The notes under the pieces are model-generated. The model was not told where the DNA came from and made no database searches. It saw nothing but the letters and a program-made list of their open reading frames with translations. Source: Euryarchaeota archaeon UBA130 (lineage in GTDB: Archaea > Thermoplasmatota > Poseidoniia > Poseidoniales > Thalassarchaeaceae). From it: a stretch of 64,000 nt of DNA. Below are positions 36,236-45,466 of this stretch, in pieces. The stretch lies in the NCBI GenBank assembly GCA_002505775.1, contig DAVY01000009.1:23356-87355 (forward strand). Direction: 5' to 3'. A program made the position numbers and the translations under genes. Position 1 is the stretch's first letter, and each line of letters begins with the position of its first letter.

Positions 36236-38461
36236 ATGACCAATGAAAATTCTGATTCCCTCACATTAAGAGTAGCCAAGGCAATACCAAGTGACGTCGG
36301 CCATGGTAGGGCGAGGGTCCCGTTTGATAATGATCTAAATCTCAAACCAGGTGATATCATCGAGGTTTCAGGTGAGAGAAAAACTGCGGCGATTGTATGG
36401 AGATGCAGGCCAGAGGATGCTAATCTGGGCGTAATAAGAATCGATGGAATAATCCGTAAAAATGCTGGTGTGAGCTTAGGTGACAGGGTCGATATAAAGA
36501 AAGTCGAGACACAGCCCTGCCAAAGACTGGTGTTGAGTCCCGTAATGGCCAAGCAACAAAAAGTAAGGTTTGGACCAGGGATAGAAGGATTTGCCCGACG
36601 AGGACTCAACAAGAGACCTGTAGTTGCTGGAGACAGGATATTCATTCCCGGAATGACCCTCTTTGCAGAGGCTCTTCCCTTCGCAATCGTCTCGACTAAG
36701 CCAAAGGGAATCGTCCAGGTTCTTCCAGACACTGACATAGTTATCAAGGAGGATGCGGTGGACGAAGAAGAGCAAGGAGATGTTCAGACAATCTCCTACG
36801 AAGACATTGGTGGGCTGGGGGACCAGCTCCAGAAAGTAAGGGAAATGATAGAGCTCCCCCTTAAGCATCCAATTTTATTCAGGAGATTAGGCATTGATCC
36901 TCCACGAGGAGTGCTATTGCATGGGCCTCCCGGCACAGGGAAGACCCTGATTGCCAAGGCGGTAGCATCTGAGACAAATGCCCATTTCACTTCTATCAAC
37001 GGCCCAGAAATCATATCCAAATACTATGGAGAGAGCGAAAAGCAGTTGAGAGAGATTTTCGAAGAGGCCGCTTCCAATGCTCCTGCGATAATTTTCATAG
37101 ATGAGCTTGACAGTATTGCTCCTAAGAGGGAAGACGTAAGTGGGGAGGTTGAGCGCAGAGTAGTTGCCCAGCTACTGACTCTTCTTGACGGAATGCAAGG
37201 TAGAGACAACGTCGTCGTTATTGGGGCAACAAATAGACAGGATGCTATTGATCCGGCGCTTAGACGGCCCGGTAGATTCGATAGAGAGATAGAAATAGGC
37301 GTTCCAGACAAAAATGGAAGGGCTGAGATAATTGAGATACACACACGTGGAATGCCAATCAGTGATGACTTTGACGTGGATTGGTTGCTGGATAACACAC
37401 ACGGTTTCGTCGGTGCGGATATCTCCGCCTTGGTTAGAGAATCAGCCATGAAGGCTCTGAGGAGGTATCTACCAGAGATAGACTTGGACGAAGAGCAAAT
37501 ACCACCTGAGGTTTTAGAGAAGATGGCTGTAATTATGGCGGATTTCAGAATGGCTATCAAGGAGATCGAGCCCAGTGCGTTGAGGGAGATTTATCTCGAA
37601 GTACCCGAAGTATCTTGGAATGAAGTCGGTGGCTTACAAGAGATAAAAGACAGGCTAAAGGAGAGCGTTGAATGGCCTCTAACCAAGCCCGAGTTGTTTG
37701 AGCACTTTGGAATCAATCCCCCCAGAGGAATCGTTCTTTTCGGAGCACCTGGAACGGGGAAGACCCTACTTGCCCAGGCCATCGCCAATGAGGCCAAAGC
37801 CAATTTCATCACTATCAAGGGTCCTGAACTGATATCAAAATGGGTAGGAGAATCAGAAAAGGCAGTCAGAGAGGTCTTCAAGAAAGCAAAGCAATCCAGT
37901 CCTTCGATAATTTTCTTGGATGAATTCGAGAGTATTGCAGGAGTTAGGAGATCAAGTTCGGGAGAGGGATCTGATGTAATCAATAGAGTTGTGAACCAGC
38001 TCTTGAGTAGTATGGATGGTGTTGAGGGAATGGAAGGTGTCATCGTTGTCGCAGCAACGAATCGTCCTGAGATGATAGATCCAGCTCTGTTGAGGAGTGG
38101 AAGATTCGAGAGGGTGATGCACGTTCCTCCCCCAGACCCAGAGGCCTTGAAATCCATCTTAGAGATTCACACAGAGAATATGCCTCTCGGAAAATTCTCT
38201 TTGGATGAAATCGCTTCCAAACTAGAGAACTACACCGGTGCTGATATAGAGGCAGTTTGCAGAGAAGCTGGACTAATTGCCATGAGAGCTGACAAGAAGA
38301 CGGTTTCAAAGAAACACTTCGAGGAGGCTGTCGAGAGGGTTAGGCCGACAGTTACCGATGAGATGATGCTATACTACAATAGAATGGAGGAATTACTAAC
38401 AAGTGGTCTTCAATCAGTTCGCAGACTACCTGATAGCCTAGCTGGAATAGAATCAGTCTGA
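36236..38461 (+). CDS. cdc48: Cdc48/VCP-like AAA+ ATPase (double AAA domains)
   Basis: N-domain ([18 protein letters not shown]), two Walker A sites [16 protein letters not shown] and Walker B sites [19 protein letters not shown] 36230 is an alternative start. Confidence 0.93.
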   Translation: MTNENSDSLTLRVAKAIPSDVGHGRARVPFDNDLNLKPGDIIEVSGERKTAAIVWRCRPEDANLGVIRIDGIIRKNAGVSLGDRVDIKKVETQPCQRLVLSPVMAKQQKVRFGPGIEGFARRGLNKRPVVAGDRIFIPGMTLFAEALPFAIVSTKPKGIVQVLPDTDIVIKEDAVDEEEQGDVQTISYEDIGGLGDQLQKVREMIELPLKHPILFRRLGIDPPRGVLLHGPPGTGKTLIAKAVASETNAHFTSINGPEIISKYYGESEKQLREIFEEAASNAPAIIFIDELDSIAPKREDVSGEVERRVVAQLLTLLDGMQGRDNVVVIGATNRQDAIDPALRRPGRFDREIEIGVPDKNGRAEIIEIHTRGMPISDDFDVDWLLDNTHGFVGADISALVRESAMKALRRYLPEIDLDEEQIPPEVLEKMAVIMADFRMAIKEIEPSALREIYLEVPEVSWNEVGGLQEIKDRLKESVEWPLTKPELFEHFGINPPRGIVLFGAPGTGKTLLAQAIANEAKANFITIKGPELISKWVGESEKAVREVFKKAKQSSPSIIFLDEFESIAGVRRSSSGEGSDVINRVVNQLLSSMDGVEGMEGVIVVAATNRPEMIDPALLRSGRFERVMHVPPPDPEALKSILEIHTENMPLGKFSLDEIASKLENYTGADIEAVCREAGLIAMRADKKTVSKKHFEEAVERVRPTVTDEMMLYYNRMEELLTSGLQSVRRLPDSLAGIESV

Positions 38462-38467
38462 GGTGAA

Positions 38468-38713
38468 ATGGTGCCAACAACCTTCGGAAGAGAGCTTTTG
38501 GGGAGAGACGTAGTAGACGCTTCCAACGACAAGCTCGGAACTATGGCGGATTTCAGTGTGGACATGGATACCGGATCTATAGTCTCTCTACTGGTGGTAA
38601 TTGATCAAGGCATAGACCCCAAATTCCTCCCTTGGCCTACCTCTGAAGGACTACTTTCTGTACCTGTTTCTGAGGTTGCCAAAATAGGTTCTGCAATCCA
38701 GTTAACACGCTGA
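38468..38713 (+). CDS. PRC-barrel domain protein (81 aa)
   Basis: LLGRDVVDASNDKLGTMADFSVDMDTGSIVSLLV fits the PRC-barrel pattern. GAGGTGA (38460-38466) lies immediately upstream of the ATG, 6 nt after the cdc48 stop. Confidence 0.75.
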   Translation: MVPTTFGRELLGRDVVDASNDKLGTMADFSVDMDTGSIVSLLVVIDQGIDPKFLPWPTSEGLLSVPVSEVAKIGSAIQLTR

Positions 38714-38802
38714 ACTCCTGATGCGGGTATGTTCATGGCCCCACAACGGTATTAATACGAAGTTAAGGCTCGGTAGTCATTCCTATAGATGGAGGCCTAC
38801 AC

Positions 38803-40446
38803 ATGGCAGACTTCAGTACCACACTCAGAAGCCTTTCATCCCCAAAATTTAGGAGAGGGGCATCGATAGGTGCATTTTGGATTCTGATGGCTATTCTTGC
38901 GGTCCAGATACTGCAGACCTACTTGGTTGATGGCGAGACCCAGCAATCAGCTTATGGCAATGATTGGAATGATTTGGGATCCTTCAGGTCAGATATCAAC
39001 AATATGGGCATTGAGACAAATGCTCTCGTCTCCAGTCCACTTCTGCTTAGCGAGATAGACTACCCCGAGGAGGCGGTTTTTATCGTCTCTGGAGTCGAAA
39101 GAGATACAATTTCACTCCCTAGATTCACAGGAGATGAAAGCGTCATCGAATTGACAGAAAGTGATGGGTATACAAACTCAGAAATCCTAGCAATTGAAAA
39201 CTTTGTTCAGAGGGGTGGCACAGTAATTCTGATGGATGATTTTGGATATTCAGCTCAGTTGGCCATGCAATTTGGTTTGGACTATTCTGGGCACAGACTC
39301 TATGACGGACAAGCATATGCACATGAATTGGATTACAATTATGTCTGGGTCAACTCCTCATCAGCATATAATTTTACAACTAATTCAGGTTCTTTGTCTT
39401 CTGTAAATCCTTGTCTGAAGGACTCAGATGCGGACGGGGTAATTGACCTACTCGACCTAAATCCACAAGACTCTACCATTACTACTTCTGGAATCTCCAT
39501 CGGAGACGTCGGACTATGCTCTCACAGATTTGATCCAGCCACTTCTGCCTGGGATTTTACAGAGGGATACAACATGCTCACCAATGGCCCTTCGGCCTTC
39601 GAGAAGGATAGCTCCTACAATCCTGTTGAGAATAGGTACGCTATAGGAAGGTCAACCTTAGACTCATACCTGGACACTAATGATGATGGAAACCTAACGG
39701 TAGGGTTTGAGGCCGCTGGAATTGAGGATGATGAGCAGGGCCCGTTTGCAGTTTACGTTAGATATTGTTTCGACAGGTTATGCATCGATCCTGACTCTGG
39801 AAGAGTTCACTTCGTCTCCGATGGATCACTTCTGATAAATTCCCTCTACAATCCTGACTTCGACCCCGAATACTCAGGACTAGTCCCTGATAATGACAAT
39901 CGCAAATGGGCCCTTGACATAATTGCTGAGGCACTTCTAATTGGGAACTCAAGTACTCAGGCCAGCGATAATGCAATAGTAATTTTCGATGAGAGTAGAC
40001 ATCAGCAATCAAACATCGGTGGAGATACATACAACCTTCTCTACTATCTTCTGATTTACTTTACAAATGATTGGATGGCGATGTTAATTTTGTTCCTCGG
40101 ACTGTTCATATCCCTCGAGGCAGTTCTAATCAGGAAGGAAGATCCGGACGAATGGAGGCACGTCTTCAGAATAATATACTATGGATTTGGGGATGCAAGG
40201 AGGTATGAGTACTACCAGAGGCCGGAGAAGATTAGACAGGTCCTTCTAACCCGTATCAGAAACGTCAACGCTATGTCGAGAGAGGAGTTTGATGCTCTAC
40301 CAGCAGCCCAGCTACAGAAAATGGTTGATGACAAGGTCTTGACCGATTTTATTTTCAATGATAGGAGATACAAAACCGATGAGCTGGTAGGAATCGTGAA
40401 GAAAATCAAACACTGGGGTTCCAACGAAACAGAGGGGGATGCCTAA
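38803..40446 (+). CDS. Bitopic membrane protein with a large extracytoplasmic domain, DUF4350-like
   Basis: It has an N-terminal TM, the segment ILAIENFVQRGGTVILMDDFGYSAQLA typical of DUF4350, an Asp-rich DSDADGVIDLLDLNPQDS insert and a C-terminal TM. GGAGG lies 7 nt upstream of the ATG. A DUF58 gene follows. Confidence 0.55.
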   Translation: MADFSTTLRSLSSPKFRRGASIGAFWILMAILAVQILQTYLVDGETQQSAYGNDWNDLGSFRSDINNMGIETNALVSSPLLLSEIDYPEEAVFIVSGVERDTISLPRFTGDESVIELTESDGYTNSEILAIENFVQRGGTVILMDDFGYSAQLAMQFGLDYSGHRLYDGQAYAHELDYNYVWVNSSSAYNFTTNSGSLSSVNPCLKDSDADGVIDLLDLNPQDSTITTSGISIGDVGLCSHRFDPATSAWDFTEGYNMLTNGPSAFEKDSSYNPVENRYAIGRSTLDSYLDTNDDGNLTVGFEAAGIEDDEQGPFAVYVRYCFDRLCIDPDSGRVHFVSDGSLLINSLYNPDFDPEYSGLVPDNDNRKWALDIIAEALLIGNSSTQASDNAIVIFDESRHQQSNIGGDTYNLLYYLLIYFTNDWMAMLILFLGLFISLEAVLIRKEDPDEWRHVFRIIYYGFGDARRYEYYQRPEKIRQVLLTRIRNVNAMSREEFDALPAAQLQKMVDDKVLTDFIFNDRRYKTDELVGIVKKIKHWGSNETEGDA

Positions 40447-41701
40447 TTTGTGGACCAGAAAAGCAGCTATCATGCTCACTAGCGGAATAAGTTTGATTCT
40501 CATTGGGATGATGATATCCAACTTCCAATTGATGATAATAGGATTATCTTTCATATCTATGCTGGCGATAAACGGCTGGGTTTCTGGTCATTCCGAGTTG
40601 ACAATCAGAAGAGAGACCTCTGCTACCAACGTCTACAAGGGGGATGATATCGTTATTTCGTTGACTATCACAAACAACTCATACCGAAGAACCCAGCAAT
40701 TAGAGCTATTCGATAATGTTCCCCACGAAATGAAGATGAGAAAGGGAATAAACCAGATGAGGATGAATCTAGGTCCCGGGCAGTCTGCTACAATGAAGTA
40801 TGTTGTTAGATGTCCACTCAGAGGCCACTACACAGTTGGTCCAGTATCTGTTAGGTATCGCAACGCATTCAACCTATTTGTAAGCGAAACGAAAGTAGAC
40901 GATCGATCAGATATCACTGTATTTCCCCAGATTAGAGATATTGAGGATGCCCTTCTGAGATCAGATGTTCCAAAGATGTACTCTGGGGCGACCACTCTCA
41001 AGACTCCCGGCCCCGGGATGGAGTTCTATGCCCTTAGGGAGTATCTCCCAGGAGATTCATTCCGCTCGATCAACTGGAAAGCACTGGCTAGAACTGGTGA
41101 GATGATGGTAAATGAGAAGACCAGAGACGCAGTTACAGACGTCTTCGTTGTCGTGGATACCCGTGACGTTTCAAGAATCGGAACAGTCCTGAAGAATCCT
41201 CTGGAAATGGGAACGGTAGCCGCGGCATCAGTGTCTAATTACTTCCTAAAAAGGAGAGACTCTGTATCTCTTGTGACTTATGGATCCAGGATGGACTACC
41301 TTCCTCCAGAAACTGGGGATAAGCAGTATTTCAAAATTCTTAGCGGACTCGCGTCAGTACAGCCTAAGGGTTCAATGCCCCTTCAAGCCGTGACAAACGC
41401 TTTATCGCCAAGAATAAGCAGGGGTTCTCCAGTTTTCATAATAAGTAGCTTAGAAGGAGATGGGACGACTCTTCCAGCCATTCGAAGCCTATCGGGAAAG
41501 GGACATGAAGTAATTGTCCTATCGCCAAGTAGCATCGATTTAGAAAGGCTGGTCAGTAGAATTCCGAGAATGTCGTATGAGGTTCTGAAATTGGAGAGAC
41601 AGAATAGACTGACCGCAATTGCTGGATATGGTGCAAAGGTAATTGATTGGACCCCCGATGTCGAACTATCACAAGCATTGTTACAGATAAATTTGAGTTA
41701 G
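40439..41701 (+). CDS. DUF58 family protein (vWA-like, MoxR-associated family)
   Basis: It has two N-terminal TM segments, a beta-sandwich region and the signature REYLPGDSFRSINWKALARTGEMMVNE. It overlaps the upstream gene by 8 nt. Confidence 0.8.
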   Translation: MPNLWTRKAAIMLTSGISLILIGMMISNFQLMIIGLSFISMLAINGWVSGHSELTIRRETSATNVYKGDDIVISLTITNNSYRRTQQLELFDNVPHEMKMRKGINQMRMNLGPGQSATMKYVVRCPLRGHYTVGPVSVRYRNAFNLFVSETKVDDRSDITVFPQIRDIEDALLRSDVPKMYSGATTLKTPGPGMEFYALREYLPGDSFRSINWKALARTGEMMVNEKTRDAVTDVFVVVDTRDVSRIGTVLKNPLEMGTVAAASVSNYFLKRRDSVSLVTYGSRMDYLPPETGDKQYFKILSGLASVQPKGSMPLQAVTNALSPRISRGSPVFIISSLEGDGTTLPAIRSLSGKGHEVIVLSPSSIDLERLVSRIPRMSYEVLKLERQNRLTAIAGYGAKVIDWTPDVELSQALLQINLS

Positions 41702-41713
41702 GAGGATTGCATT

Positions 41714-42922
41714 ATGGTGAAAAATTCTGTACCTGACAGCCAATCTCTTGAGATTTCCTATCTCAGGAAGAGGTGGAAGATTATCTTCCTTCAATTAATT
41801 TCTACCGCTGCTCTCCTGGCCCTGATGAATAGGATGATCAAGATTTATGGGACATGCTCAGAATCGTTCGTCGAGACCTATTCAGACGGCTCGAATTACT
41901 GGTGTCCGTCATATGAGCACACTCGTGGGTTAATTTGGTTTAGAGAGCAAACTGGGTCACTAGTGCTTCCAGATGCAATTCATGGATTAGATCAGACTGG
42001 AAATATGACCCTTGTAGCCCCTCTAATTTTGTGCGTAATCCTTACGGCAATCTGGATTTACACGCTTACCGCCAAGGAAAGTATCAGCAGGAACATCAGG
42101 AGATTCCTAATTGGCGGGATGCTAGCTTGGGGACTTCTTCCATTCGTGATATCTTGGATTTTAGCAATATCCAGCTTCGGCTTTCACCTCCCCTGGGGGG
42201 AGACAGATGATTTGAACCATCTAAGCCATCTCTGGAAGCCAGTGTTGTTTATATTCGAGTTAGTCTTTCTGGGAATTGTCTTTGCGCCAATACTATCAGG
42301 TTTGATGGGCATCTGGGGGCTCTCCAGAAAGCTCCTGACTTGGACAATAGGTTACTATCTGACGATTATCGGTATCCACGCCATCCTAACTTTCGAGGGA
42401 ATAACTGAGTCAGTCGATCTAGGGTTAACCCCCCTCCCTGCACAGATTGGAGAAGCAACTCTATTCGGGGGACTGGTATCGCCACTTTCATTGAACCTTC
42501 TGCAAGTGGCCATACTTTTGTTGGTGTATCTAGAATCCGGATCGGCAGTGATATCAAACATGGAGTATGCTTCTATGCTACCAGGCGAGGCTAGGAGAGA
42601 CCCAGAATATGTCAGACAATTCAACAATGTTCTGAATGGGCACATCGCTCACCTAATCGGCGTGATGGCCTTGGTCTCTGTTACCACAGCTATAGCATTG
42701 GAATTTGACGACTTTCTAATATCAACAGTCAGCGCTTTGTCTGGAGGCCAATGGGCTGGTCAGGTCAGAGAATCACTAGAGTTGCAACTGACTTATGGGA
42801 AGGTAATTTCAGCTGGTCTTTTCTTGATAGTCGTGGCCGGAATGAGATTCGTCCTTCCTTGGCAGAGAGTTACAGGTGTTGTTGAGTCAACACTGTTGAG
42901 ATTCAGATCGAGCGAGTCTTGA
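41714..42922 (+). CDS. Polytopic membrane protein of unknown function
   Basis: It has about 9 hydrophobic segments and starts 12 nt after the DUF58 gene. I recognise no motif. Confidence 0.5.
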   Translation: MVKNSVPDSQSLEISYLRKRWKIIFLQLISTAALLALMNRMIKIYGTCSESFVETYSDGSNYWCPSYEHTRGLIWFREQTGSLVLPDAIHGLDQTGNMTLVAPLILCVILTAIWIYTLTAKESISRNIRRFLIGGMLAWGLLPFVISWILAISSFGFHLPWGETDDLNHLSHLWKPVLFIFELVFLGIVFAPILSGLMGIWGLSRKLLTWTIGYYLTIIGIHAILTFEGITESVDLGLTPLPAQIGEATLFGGLVSPLSLNLLQVAILLLVYLESGSAVISNMEYASMLPGEARRDPEYVRQFNNVLNGHIAHLIGVMALVSVTTAIALEFDDFLISTVSALSGGQWAGQVRESLELQLTYGKVISAGLFLIVVAGMRFVLPWQRVTGVVESTLLRFRSSES

Positions 42923-43174
42923 CTATTTTTTACCAGTGATAGACAACATGGCTCGAAAAAGCCAGTCAGAAAATAATGGGACGATTAGAATCAGTAAGAA
43001 AAGAGTGAGTATTTGAGAACTCACCCCAAAGACTTCCTGAACGAACTGGTTGATCCTATCGTATGAAGCAAAAACTCCCACCAGGACAAGAATAATCACC
43101 GTTCTCTCAGGTAATGAGGAATGACTCTCTCCCCTGACGAAAGGCCTACCAAGAAGCGTCCCAGATTTCCCCAC
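42923..43174 (-). CDS. Hypothetical small two-TM membrane protein
   Basis: It has two clear hydrophobic segments and a GTG start, and it abuts the convergent upstream gene. I recognise no homology. Confidence 0.3.
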   Translation of the reverse strand: MGKSGTLLGRPFVRGESHSSLPERTVIILVLVGVFASYDRINQFVQEVFGVSSQILTLFLLILIVPLFSDWLFRAMLSITGKK

Positions 43175-43271
43175 AAGGGCGCTGAAAAATTACTACATTA
43201 TCAAAAATACGCTAAATTAGAGTTGCCAGACTCACACTGGGTTCAAGTCTTGAACACTCCCGGACGAGTAT

Positions 43272-44273
43272 ATGGGAGGTGCAGTATCGGTAACCAGTTG
43301 CAGTAGATGCAAGAGTCCAGCCGTTGTTCATCAGCCGTACAGCGGTCAACACCTCTGCGGAAAACACCTTTCAGACTCTATCCGAAGAAGAACATCAAAG
43401 GAACTCAGGAGGCAATTAGTTCTCCCCAAGGATGCCAGGAAACCTGATGGGAGTCCCTATGTTGTACTCGTAGCAGTTTCAGGAGGAAAGGACTCAGCAG
43501 TACTTCTGACTATGGTGAAAGATATAATCGGCGGAAGGAGAGATGTTAGGATCGTTGCAGGCTGCGTCGATGAAGGAATCGATGGGTACAGATCGCCATC
43601 GTTGGAGTGTGCGAGGAGCCTCTCGGAAGAACTGGATATTGAGTTCGTCACACTGAGCTACGAAGAAATGGGATATGATAGGATGGACAAAGTCGTTTCA
43701 AAAATCCCTGCAATGGGCAAGCTCAACGATGAGGCCGATGGGATGATGCCATGCTCTTTCTGTGGAGTATTCAGAAGACAAAGTCTGAATGCGTTAGCAG
43801 ATAAGGTGGGTGCTGACGTTATGGCTCTAGGCCACAATCTGGATGATATGGCTCAGTCGATCCTAATGAATCTCCAGAAGGGAGAAATTGAGAGGTCAGT
43901 GAGACTTGCGCCACACACATCTTCGCCGATTGAGGGAATGGTCCCAAGGATCGTCCCTTTGAGGTGGATACCAGAGCAGGAGATACACGCATTCGCGATA
44001 GTGAATAGCCTACCAATCCATCATGGAGACTGCCCACACGCTCCAGGCGCTCAGAGACAGCAGAGTAGAGCCATAGTTGCACAGCTTGAGTCACTCACCC
44101 CCGGGGCCAGACACGGCCTACTCCATTCTCTGGATCAAATAAGGGAGATCCACAGAGTAGTCCACCCCGATCCAAATTCTAACATAAGCAGTTGTACACT
44201 TTGCGGAGAGGCTACATCCAGGCCAGTGTGTCAGTCCTGCACAATGAAGAAGTGGCTTTCAGAGGTTCCTTGA
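43272..44273 (+). CDS. PP-loop ATPase tRNA 2-thiouridine synthetase (NcsA/TtuA family)
   Basis: N-terminal CxxC...C..H zinc finger, PP-loop VSGGKDSAV, Fe-S ligand Cys residues (CSFCGVFRR, HGDCPH), GHNLDD, and a C-terminal CTLCG...CQSC finger. Confidence 0.82.
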   Translation: MGGAVSVTSCSRCKSPAVVHQPYSGQHLCGKHLSDSIRRRTSKELRRQLVLPKDARKPDGSPYVVLVAVSGGKDSAVLLTMVKDIIGGRRDVRIVAGCVDEGIDGYRSPSLECARSLSEELDIEFVTLSYEEMGYDRMDKVVSKIPAMGKLNDEADGMMPCSFCGVFRRQSLNALADKVGADVMALGHNLDDMAQSILMNLQKGEIERSVRLAPHTSSPIEGMVPRIVPLRWIPEQEIHAFAIVNSLPIHHGDCPHAPGAQRQQSRAIVAQLESLTPGARHGLLHSLDQIREIHRVVHPDPNSNISSCTLCGEATSRPVCQSCTMKKWLSEVP

Positions 44274-44281
44274 GGGATTTT

Positions 44282-45100
44282 ATGTTCGTGAATATCGCTG
44301 GATACAGATTCGTAGATCTTCCAGATAGAGATAATCTTAGGGCCCCATTCAGAGAGAAATGCACCAGCCTCGGACTAAAGGGAACAATTCTCCTAAGCCC
44401 CAATGGAATCAATTTCTTTCTGGCAGGAACTCAAGAATCAATTAATGATTATGTCTCATTCTTGGAGGAAGACTCCAGGCTAACCGGTATACCCATGCAT
44501 ATCACTTACTCCGACTATCAGCCCTTTCGTAGAATGCTCGTCCGTTTGAAAAAAGAAATCATTTCCCTGGGAATGGACGAAATTAGACCGGTAGAAAATG
44601 AGGGGAATTACGTCAATCCTAGTCAGTTCAAGACGTGGCTTGATGAAGGCAAGGAGGTAATTGTCTTGGACACTAGGAACGATTATGAACTCAGGGTTGG
44701 GTCATTTGAAAACTCAATAGACCTTGATATTAAGTCATTCAGGGAGTTTCCCGAGGCCGTAAAGAGATTAGATTATGATAAATCTACTCCGGTAGTGATG
44801 TTCTGTACCGGGGGAATTAGATGCGAGAAGGCTAGTATGGTAATGGAATCCCAAGGATGGGGTGAAGTGTACCAAATCAGAGGAGGCGTCCTTGGATACT
44901 TCAAGGAGGTAGGAGGGGCACATTGGAAGGGCGACTGCTTCGTTTTTGACCAAAGGGTATCCTTGGACACAGAGCTAATGGAGGCGGACCACCAGATGTG
45001 CTTCAATTGCAGAGAACCCCTTTCTCCTGACGACCTAAAGTCTGAGAAGTACTCATTAGAGGAGTATTGCCCCTACTGCTACGAGAGGGTGGTTTCCTAG
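44282..45100 (+). CDS. trhO: Rhodanese-domain protein of the TrhO/YceA (UPF0176) family (tRNA U34 hydroxylase-like)
   Basis: It has the N-terminal motif NIAGYRFVDL...LGLKGTILLSPNGINFFLAG, the rhodanese active-site loop CTGGIRCEKAS and a C-terminal CxxC...CxxC motif. ATG 44282 lies 8 nt after the upstream stop. Confidence 0.78.
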   Translation: MFVNIAGYRFVDLPDRDNLRAPFREKCTSLGLKGTILLSPNGINFFLAGTQESINDYVSFLEEDSRLTGIPMHITYSDYQPFRRMLVRLKKEIISLGMDEIRPVENEGNYVNPSQFKTWLDEGKEVIVLDTRNDYELRVGSFENSIDLDIKSFREFPEAVKRLDYDKSTPVVMFCTGGIRCEKASMVMESQGWGEVYQIRGGVLGYFKEVGGAHWKGDCFVFDQRVSLDTELMEADHQMCFNCREPLSPDDLKSEKYSLEEYCPYCYERVVS

Positions 45101-45101
45101 G

Positions 45102-45461
45102 ATGGGTAAAGTTAACTTCATTCGGAAGTTTTCAATGTTCACGGACCATTGGTCTCCCAAAGTGATTGCTCAAATGAATGACTACCAATTCAAGCTTGTC
45201 AAAATAAAAGGCGATTTCATTTGGCACAACCACTCAGATACTGATGAGGCATTCATTGTACTCGAAGGAACTATGTTCATAGAGTTAGAGAATGAGACTA
45301 TAGAGCTTAATGAGGGGGAGATGTATGTCGTTCTGAAGGGTACAGATCACAAGCCATATGCCATAGATGAGTGCAAAATAATGCTAGTTGAGCCCAAGGG
45401 AGTAATCAATACGGGGAACAAGACTAGCGAACTCACATCATCAAATGACGTTTGGATCTAG
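45102..45461 (+). CDS. Cupin-domain protein
   Basis: Cupin motifs HNHSDTDEAFIVLEG and GEMYVVLKGTDHKP. It starts 1 nt after the trhO stop. Confidence 0.7.
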   Translation: MGKVNFIRKFSMFTDHWSPKVIAQMNDYQFKLVKIKGDFIWHNHSDTDEAFIVLEGTMFIELENETIELNEGEMYVVLKGTDHKPYAIDECKIMLVEPKGVINTGNKTSELTSSNDVWI

Positions 45462-45466
45462 TACCG

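Noticed and set aside
36220-38157. Long minus-strand ORFs (36220-36747, 37024-37560, 37591-38157) antisense to cdc48.
   Set aside because: They lie entirely inside a gene with unmistakable Cdc48 homology. Their translations are Ser/Leu/Pro-rich and low in complexity, with no motifs. This is the typical shadow-ORF pattern.
43241-43255. A perfect 7+1+7 palindrome, GTTCAAGTCTTGAAC, upstream of the thiolase gene, considered as an operator.
   Set aside because: About 64000/4^7, or roughly 4, such perfect 7-bp inverted repeats with fixed spacing are expected by chance in this window. I mention it only as context in the tRNA-modification finding and do not call it a feature.
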